This document shows positions 58,524 through 64,000 of a stretch of 64,000 bases of DNA, in pieces. A program made the translations under genes and the position numbers. The stretch spans positions 64,001 to 128,000 of the IMG/VR virus record IMGVR_UViG_2721755486_000001. One strand, written 5' to 3'. Every line of letters starts with the position of its first letter. Within the stretch, counting starts at the first letter, position 1. The notes under the pieces are model-generated. The model worked only from the letters and a program-made list of their open reading frames with translations. It did no database searches and had not been told where the DNA came from. This DNA comes from a virus. Taxonomy: Duplodnaviria > Caudoviricetes.

Positions 58524-61136
58524 GTGAAAAAGATCGCACTGGCGGTACTCAAGATGCTGGGCGTTCCCGAAGCCCAGCCCCCGAAGGCAGCAGAACCCCA
58601 ACCCCCGAAGGCAGCAGAACCCCAACCCGTTCAGACCGCCGTTCCGTTGGTGCAGGACCGTGCCCTGGCACCCTTTGTCCTTCCCACCGAGATCGACCGG
58701 ACCAAACCGCTGGCGGGTCAGGCGCTCCTGGCGTACACCAAGCCGGGCTCGGCGGACGGGAAGACCCAGCCGGTCGAACTCGTCCTCACGTTCCGCGACG
58801 CCACCACCTCGGTCGTGATCCTGGGCGGCACCGGGACGGGCAAGACCACGGGCGCTGGCATCCCGCTGCTGAAACGTCTGCACGACGCACGCGTGGCGAT
58901 GCTGGTCACCGACGTGGTGAAGGGCGACTACGCCAACGTCTGCCGTCGCCTGGACGGGAGCGTGATCCTGGGGCCGGCGAGCGACACGATGCCCAGCAAC
59001 CTCCTGGCGGGCTGGTCGGACCAGAAGCTCCGCGATTTCCTGACGCTGTACAGCTCGAAGGTGAAGGGCGGTGAGGCTTACTGGGGGAGCGAGGGCGTCA
59101 CCGACGCGGTGCTGATCGCGCGGTTCATCCGCCACGTCGAGCGCCGGGAGCCCACCCTGGCGGACCTGTTCCACTACCTCAACGAGCCGTTGAAGTTCGT
59201 GGCGCGCTACAAGCTGGCCCACCGGTTCCAGGCGCTCTACACCACCCAGGAGCAGCGAGAGGCGGCGGAGGACACGCTGGTGGCGCTGCGCTCCCGGGAG
59301 ACCGGGGCTTACGTGTTCTCCATGCTGCATTTCGCCAAGGACCCGTCGGCGAAGAAGGGCAAGACCACCGACATCATCACCCAGGTGGGCAGCGCGCCCC
59401 CGACCAAGGTTTCGATGGTGACGACGGACGACGCCAAGATTTTCGAGCAGTACGCCTGGCACGTGGCCAGCCTGCTGACCATCACCCGTCCGTTCTACGA
59501 GAACCCGAAACTGCGCCGGGCCTTCTGCGCGGACGTGGCCACCGGGATCGACTGGTTCGACCTGGTGTACGTACAGCAGCAGTTCATCGTCCTGGAAATG
59601 CCCACCCACACCTACGGGGAGGCAGCGCTGTTCGTCGCCGAAATCCTGCGCATGCAATACCACGACGTCATCCGTGGCGCGCAGGACCACCGGGACAGCC
59701 TGGTGATCGACGGCAAGCGCGTGGTCTACGGCGTCGACCGTTTCACCGGCGAGCTGCACGACGAGTTCCAGAAGATCCTGTCGGCGGACGGCTCCAGCAA
59801 CGATGACTCCAACTGGATCGACATTTCCCGGGGCTACGGCCACATCAACATCTTTCTGACCCAGAGCATCACCTCGCTGCACGGCAAGGCCAAGAACCAT
59901 TTCGCCGTCGAGGCGTTCGTCCAGAACTGCTGCAACGTCGTGTGCTTGCCGACCATCGACGAGCGCACGCTGACCTACATGGAGACCCTGGCCGGGCGCA
60001 AGGCGACGACCGTGCGCGAGCACCTGGTGATCCGGACGGGCCGCGAGGCGTTCGTCTACTTCGCCAGCGCATCGCTGAACGGCGGGGACACCTGGTCGGA
60101 GCTGGTGGAGGTCGGCACCTCCCGGTTCCCGCACATGCGGCACACCGTCATGCAGGAGATCATGGCCCGACCGGCGCTGGTGCGCGCGGCGAGCGCTGAC
60201 CTGGTTGCTCCGATCGAGGAGACCCGGGTTCCCCAATCGACGGACGAGATCACCGGTCGGGTGTTCTGCGTGACCACGGCGGCGATCCACTCGGACGGGT
60301 TCCTGGACTTCAAGAAGCGCCTGAGCCGGGGCGGCCACGCGATCACGGAAACCGTCCGCATGAAGGCGGCGAAGGAAGGCGTGGACGCCCGGGGCCACCT
60401 GTCGGAGGCGCTGGACCGGCTGGACGTGCTGTACCCGAACAAGGGCGACATCGTGGCGGTGGTGCGCGGGGGCGGGGACGTGAAGAACGGGCAGTTCGAC
60501 ACCTACAACGCCCCCGAAAGCGTCGCGGCCCTGGAAGCCCTGCGCGAGCGTGGGGTCTTCGTCGTGGTCGGCGTCGGGCACAGCGCCAACGACGACTGGG
60601 CGATCCACCGGGCCTGCGACCACGTGTGCGACGTGCCTTACCACGCCGGTGAGGTGGTGTCCCACCTGCTCGACAACTTGCGGTCGGCGTCGAACGAGGC
60701 GAACGTGGTGCTCGCCCGGGTGGGCGGCATCACGCTGACCAAGGGCGTCAACACCGGCATGCCGGAACCGCAGCCCAAGCCGCTGGTGAAGCCGGTGGTA
60801 GACGACAAGGAGGACGCGGCGGCGGAAATCGCTCCGACCGTCATGTCGACGGAGGAACCGATCGACCCGCCGTGGGACCCGCTCCCGAAGACCGGGTACA
60901 CCCCGGCCAGCCGTCCGGCGACGCAACCCGACCCGTTCGACGAACCGGGCACCCCGTCCGTGTCGACCATGGGCGCGGGCAACACCGCAGCGGCGGCGTC
61001 GTCGGGCTCGCCCCGTGCCCTGGCACCTGTTCCGGCGAAGAAGCCGAGCTGGCACGCGGGTGTTGGCTCGCGGGACGACCAGGACATTCAGCGGATCTTG
61101 TCCGAGCTGGACGACCCGCAGGACGGCAAGGACTGA
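58524..61136 (+). CDS. VirD4/TraG-like P-loop ATPase fused to an exonuclease VII large-subunit catalytic-like domain
   Basis: GGTGTGKT Walker A, HDEFQ Walker B, SRGYGHINIFLTQS; C-terminal DIVAVVRGGG and GVGHSANDD...ACDHVCDVP; no TM segment. Confidence 0.75.
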   Translation: MKKIALAVLKMLGVPEAQPPKAAEPQPPKAAEPQPVQTAVPLVQDRALAPFVLPTEIDRTKPLAGQALLAYTKPGSADGKTQPVELVLTFRDATTSVVILGGTGTGKTTGAGIPLLKRLHDARVAMLVTDVVKGDYANVCRRLDGSVILGPASDTMPSNLLAGWSDQKLRDFLTLYSSKVKGGEAYWGSEGVTDAVLIARFIRHVERREPTLADLFHYLNEPLKFVARYKLAHRFQALYTTQEQREAAEDTLVALRSRETGAYVFSMLHFAKDPSAKKGKTTDIITQVGSAPPTKVSMVTTDDAKIFEQYAWHVASLLTITRPFYENPKLRRAFCADVATGIDWFDLVYVQQQFIVLEMPTHTYGEAALFVAEILRMQYHDVIRGAQDHRDSLVIDGKRVVYGVDRFTGELHDEFQKILSADGSSNDDSNWIDISRGYGHINIFLTQSITSLHGKAKNHFAVEAFVQNCCNVVCLPTIDERTLTYMETLAGRKATTVREHLVIRTGREAFVYFASASLNGGDTWSELVEVGTSRFPHMRHTVMQEIMARPALVRAASADLVAPIEETRVPQSTDEITGRVFCVTTAAIHSDGFLDFKKRLSRGGHAITETVRMKAAKEGVDARGHLSEALDRLDVLYPNKGDIVAVVRGGGDVKNGQFDTYNAPESVAALEALRERGVFVVVGVGHSANDDWAIHRACDHVCDVPYHAGEVVSHLLDNLRSASNEANVVLARVGGITLTKGVNTGMPEPQPKPLVKPVVDDKEDAAAEIAPTVMSTEEPIDPPWDPLPKTGYTPASRPATQPDPFDEPGTPSVSTMGAGNTAAAASSGSPRALAPVPAKKPSWHAGVGSRDDQDIQRILSELDDPQDGKD

Positions 61137-61217
61137 TCCACCCACCGGCAGGGCGCCCGCTCCCGCGCTCTGCCGGTGGTTCGAACCTGGGGGCGTACCT
61201 AGTTAGGAGGCGGTGCG

Positions 61218-61667
61218 ATGGGGATCTCGAAGCGAAGTGAGCCGGAGGGGCTGTCCGAGGTGCCGACCGAGGGCGAGAGCCCGTCGGTGATTGATCTGGA
61301 GCGCAACCTGGTGGCGGGGCTGAACGTCCTGCCGGAGGGAAAGCGGAAGGAGACGGTCGCGTTGCTGTTGAACGCGATTCGCACCCGCTCGACGGTCGTG
61401 CGGATCCGTGCGTTCGTCGCCATGGGCAAGGAGCATTGGATGGGCCACGACGATCACGTCCGGATTCAGCGCGCCCGGTGGCGCTACTGGTCGTTGCCGC
61501 GCGACGTGGTGGGGAGCAACGACGAACCGGCGACCGTGCAGGACGTGTCCGAACCGTCCGACCGCGAGGCGGAGAAGAGCTGGGCCCACCTGCTGGTGCG
61601 GTGCTACGGCCTCCCGTTGGGCGTGATCCTCCTGGTGGGCACCCTCGGCTACCTGGCGCTCCGCTGA
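61218..61667 (+). CDS. Hypothetical protein with C-terminal TM
   Basis: AGGAGG RBS; LPLGVILLVGTLGYLAL. Confidence 0.55.
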   Translation: MGISKRSEPEGLSEVPTEGESPSVIDLERNLVAGLNVLPEGKRKETVALLLNAIRTRSTVVRIRAFVAMGKEHWMGHDDHVRIQRARWRYWSLPRDVVGSNDEPATVQDVSEPSDREAEKSWAHLLVRCYGLPLGVILLVGTLGYLALR

Positions 61668-61926
61668 TCCCGATCTTGGTACGGGCGAGTCCGTGCCAGG
61701 GCACATCCCCATCCCGTGACACCCCCCAACCCCTCCCGGCGCTGGGGCCGGTTGACAAGCGGTGCTGACGCCGGTTCCTCGCGTGTCGGTGATCGACCCG
61801 GGCCCAGGGCGCGAAGCGGAATCGCCCGGTCCCGACCGGGTGGGGTTTCAGCGCGGTGGGGCGTAACTTGCGTAACGCTCCGCGACGGCTACCCTGGATC
61901 TTCCCATTCGGCAGGAGGACCAGGGC

Positions 61927-64000
61927 ATGGCCAAGATCGTTCACTGGGCGGCGTTCAAGCCGCCGGCCAACCTGGCACCTGACCAGCCGTACCGCCTGAT
62001 CGGCAGCGCCGTGGTGGGCGGTGCGGTCATCGGGACCGTCGCGTGGGCCGTGGCCGTGGGCGTGGAGTGGTGGGTCGCCAGCAAGACCGGTGCGCTCGGC
62101 GGGGTCAGCCACATGCCCCTGTCCAAGCACGCGCTCTACTGGTTTGAAACGTTCCTCCACCGCGAGATGCGCAACCGTCCGTTCGCCGACAACGTGGCGG
62201 CTTACCAGTACGGGCTGGACCAGATGAACTGGTGGCTGATCAAAGGCAAGGCCGCCCTGGCGACGGTGCCCGGTGTCGGGGTCGGCGCGTACATCACGTC
62301 GAAGATGAACCGCGTCTATTGCAACAGCCGACACCTGTCCGGCATGCAGTTCCACGACGGCAAGGACGCGGTGAAGCTCGCCGAGCAGGCGGTGCTCGAG
62401 CTGAACGGTGACCAGGCCCCGTTCCTCCCGTTGCACCCGGAGCTGACCTGGTTGAGCCAACAGGCGTGGAGCACGTCGGCGATCATCATGGGCGCGGCAG
62501 GTTCCGGGAAAAGTGCGATTCTGGCCCACCTCACGTACGAGGCATTGGTCCAGAACGTGTTCATGGTCATCATGGACGCCAAGGGCACCCAGAGCCACGT
62601 CATCAGGACGATTAACAAGCAGCTCGGGCGGCGGTCGGACAACGTGGCCACCATCAGTCCGTTCTCCGACACCGACGCGGCGTGGGACATTGGGCGGGAC
62701 CTAGTCCGCGACGAGGACGCCACGGTGTTCGCCAACGCTTACGTCCCACCGTCAAACGATCCCATGTGGTCCGACGGTGCGCGGGGCATCCTGCGAACCA
62801 TCGTCTTGTCGATGATCGTCGCCTACCGCGAGGCGTGCGCTCGTGCGGAAGCAGCGGGCGTGGAGAAGCCGAAGCCCTGGCACTGGGGCCACCTGGCGTA
62901 CCGCATCCAGTCGGCGATGAAGGACATTTACACCTGGGCGGCCGAGCACGACCCGGCGACCGCACGGCTGATCGCGGACTACGAGAAGTCCAACACGGTG
63001 AAGAGTTTTGAGGTGACGTTCCGCACGTTCAGCCTAGACATCATCAAGCTGGGCAAGGCGTGGGGAGAACCGGCCGACGGCGAACCGAAGCGTCGCCGCG
63101 TGTCCCTCCGGCTGTTCGTCGACCGGGTGGCGCGCAACGGTCGCAAGGGCGTTCACCAGATCGTGCTGCGCAACAACCTGGAGTACAAGGCCCTGACCAA
63201 GGGCTACCTGCTGGCGATGCACGCGTTCCTGACCGCGAAGATGCTCAGCCTGTCGGACAACCCGACCGATGGCACGGGCCGCACGCTGCTGTTCATGGAG
63301 GACGAGTTCACCAGCCAGGGCAAGAAGGAGTCGATTTTCGACGCGCTCGAGCTGGGCCGGTCGAAGGGCATGGTGCACGTCATCGCGGTGCAGACGGAGG
63401 ACGCTTTGGTCGAACTGTACGGGCAGGAGGGCCGGGGCCGGATCTCGGGCAACACCACGATCAAAATCCTGGGCCGGGCGGCGGCGCCGGAGATGGGGGC
63501 GCAGATGGCCGCCAACTTCCCGAAGCGCACGGTGCAGATCACGCACGAGGGGCGGCCCGCGGCGAAGGGCCAGCCGGCGACACCCACCACCTACGAGAGC
63601 GTCGAGGTCCCGGTGATCCGTCCGGAGATCCTGTCTTCCACCCGGGACATGGGCAAGCAGCGCGGGTCCTGGCTGGGAGGGCGCAAGGCAGGCATCAAAG
63701 CGGTGGTGCGGATCGGATCGGACCTCTACCACTTGCTCTGGCCGTTCATCGACAAGGACAAGATGCCGTCGGCGTCGGACGCGGCCGTTCCTCCGCTGGC
63801 CGCCTGGCTGGTGGGCGGGAAGGTCCCGGCGTTGCAGGACTACGCCCCGATGGTGCAGGTCGAGGCGCTGATGGCGCAGCAGGCCGCCACCCAGGCGGAG
63901 GCGTCCGCTGTTCCGACCGCCACCGCGAACGACGAGTCCGGTGGCGCTGCCCTGGACGCGATGCTCGCGGAGGGGGCGTCCGCGTCCGAGGAGCCGTCCG
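61927..64000 (+). CDS. Type IV coupling protein (TrwB/TraD family); runs off the window
   Basis: Manual translation: N-terminal TM segments, IMGAAGSGKS, IMDAKG, LFMEDEF...LGRSKG...AVQ...LYG. Confidence 0.85.
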   Translation, partial: MAKIVHWAAFKPPANLAPDQPYRLIGSAVVGGAVIGTVAWAVAVGVEWWVASKTGALGGVSHMPLSKHALYWFETFLHREMRNRPFADNVAAYQYGLDQMNWWLIKGKAALATVPGVGVGAYITSKMNRVYCNSRHLSGMQFHDGKDAVKLAEQAVLELNGDQAPFLPLHPELTWLSQQAWSTSAIIMGAAGSGKSAILAHLTYEALVQNVFMVIMDAKGTQSHVIRTINKQLGRRSDNVATISPFSDTDAAWDIGRDLVRDEDATVFANAYVPPSNDPMWSDGARGILRTIVLSMIVAYREACARAEAAGVEKPKPWHWGHLAYRIQSAMKDIYTWAAEHDPATARLIADYEKSNTVKSFEVTFRTFSLDIIKLGKAWGEPADGEPKRRRVSLRLFVDRVARNGRKGVHQIVLRNNLEYKALTKGYLLAMHAFLTAKMLSLSDNPTDGTGRTLLFMEDEFTSQGKKESIFDALELGRSKGMVHVIAVQTEDALVELYGQEGRGRISGNTTIKILGRAAAPEMGAQMAANFPKRTVQITHEGRPAAKGQPATPTTYESVEVPVIRPEILSSTRDMGKQRGSWLGGRKAGIKAVVRIGSDLYHLLWPFIDKDKMPSASDAAVPPLAAWLVGGKVPALQDYAPMVQVEALMAQQAATQAEASAVPTATANDESGGAALDAMLAEGASASEEPS

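Larger units (their letters stand above)
19769..61704. repeat. About 20 dispersed GTGCC-NN-GGCAC palindromes
   Basis: Starts at 19769, 20152, 21041, 22158, 24555, 25882, 30026, 32858, 33696, 35550, 37688, 39738, 46454, 48409, 50279, 51035, 53786, 58660, 61015, 61693; 18 of 20 are intergenic. Confidence 0.85.

Noticed and set aside
58567-58627. 24-bp tandem repeat
   Set aside because: It encodes a PQPPKAAE linker in the ATPase N-terminus and is an ordinary coding repeat
19769-61704. Dispersed repeats as a CRISPR array
   Set aside because: Repeats are separated by whole genes, not by 25-45-nt spacers, and no cas gene is present
1-64000. tRNA, rRNA, transposase or integrase genes
   Set aside because: None recognised by eye; a covariance or HMM search would be needed to exclude divergent ones

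Overview
A GC-rich (roughly two-thirds G+C by eye) proteobacterial segment that reads as the leading region and start of the transfer region of a large conjugative plasmid or ICE. At the right end, a MOB_F (R388/F-like) nic site lies on the minus strand at about 57755. It is followed by a small relaxosome-accessory-like gene, an unusual VirD4/TraG-like ATPase fused to an exonuclease VII catalytic-like domain, and a TrwB/TraD-type coupling protein that runs off the window. From about 12.7 to 53.5 kb, dozens of short genes point mostly towards oriT. They include about nine ankyrin-repeat proteins, four tandem HTH_17 proteins, two LPD29 proteins, an HsdM-like protein without motif IV, a DUF5710-HNH protein, three paralogous Cys-containing exported proteins and many small membrane proteins. 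These genes are organised as cassettes, each preceded by one of several recurring cis elements: about 20 GTGCC-NN-GGCAC palindromes, about 20 sigma70-like promoters with a fixed 16-bp spacer, five TGAGTCGC-N25/26-GCGACTCA boxes, and conserved leader and terminator hairpins. Six unrelated proteins share an Arg-rich C-terminal tail resembling a type IV secretion signal. The left end carries a LexA-box-controlled umuDC pair and a defence cluster. That cluster holds a SIR2-APAZ/short Argonaute (SPARSA-type) operon extended by two HEPN-motif genes, a NucS-like nuclease and a tandem double N6-adenine methyltransferase. A GmrSD-type gene lies at 26-28 kb. All calls come from manual motif reading; no database searches or folding programs were run.
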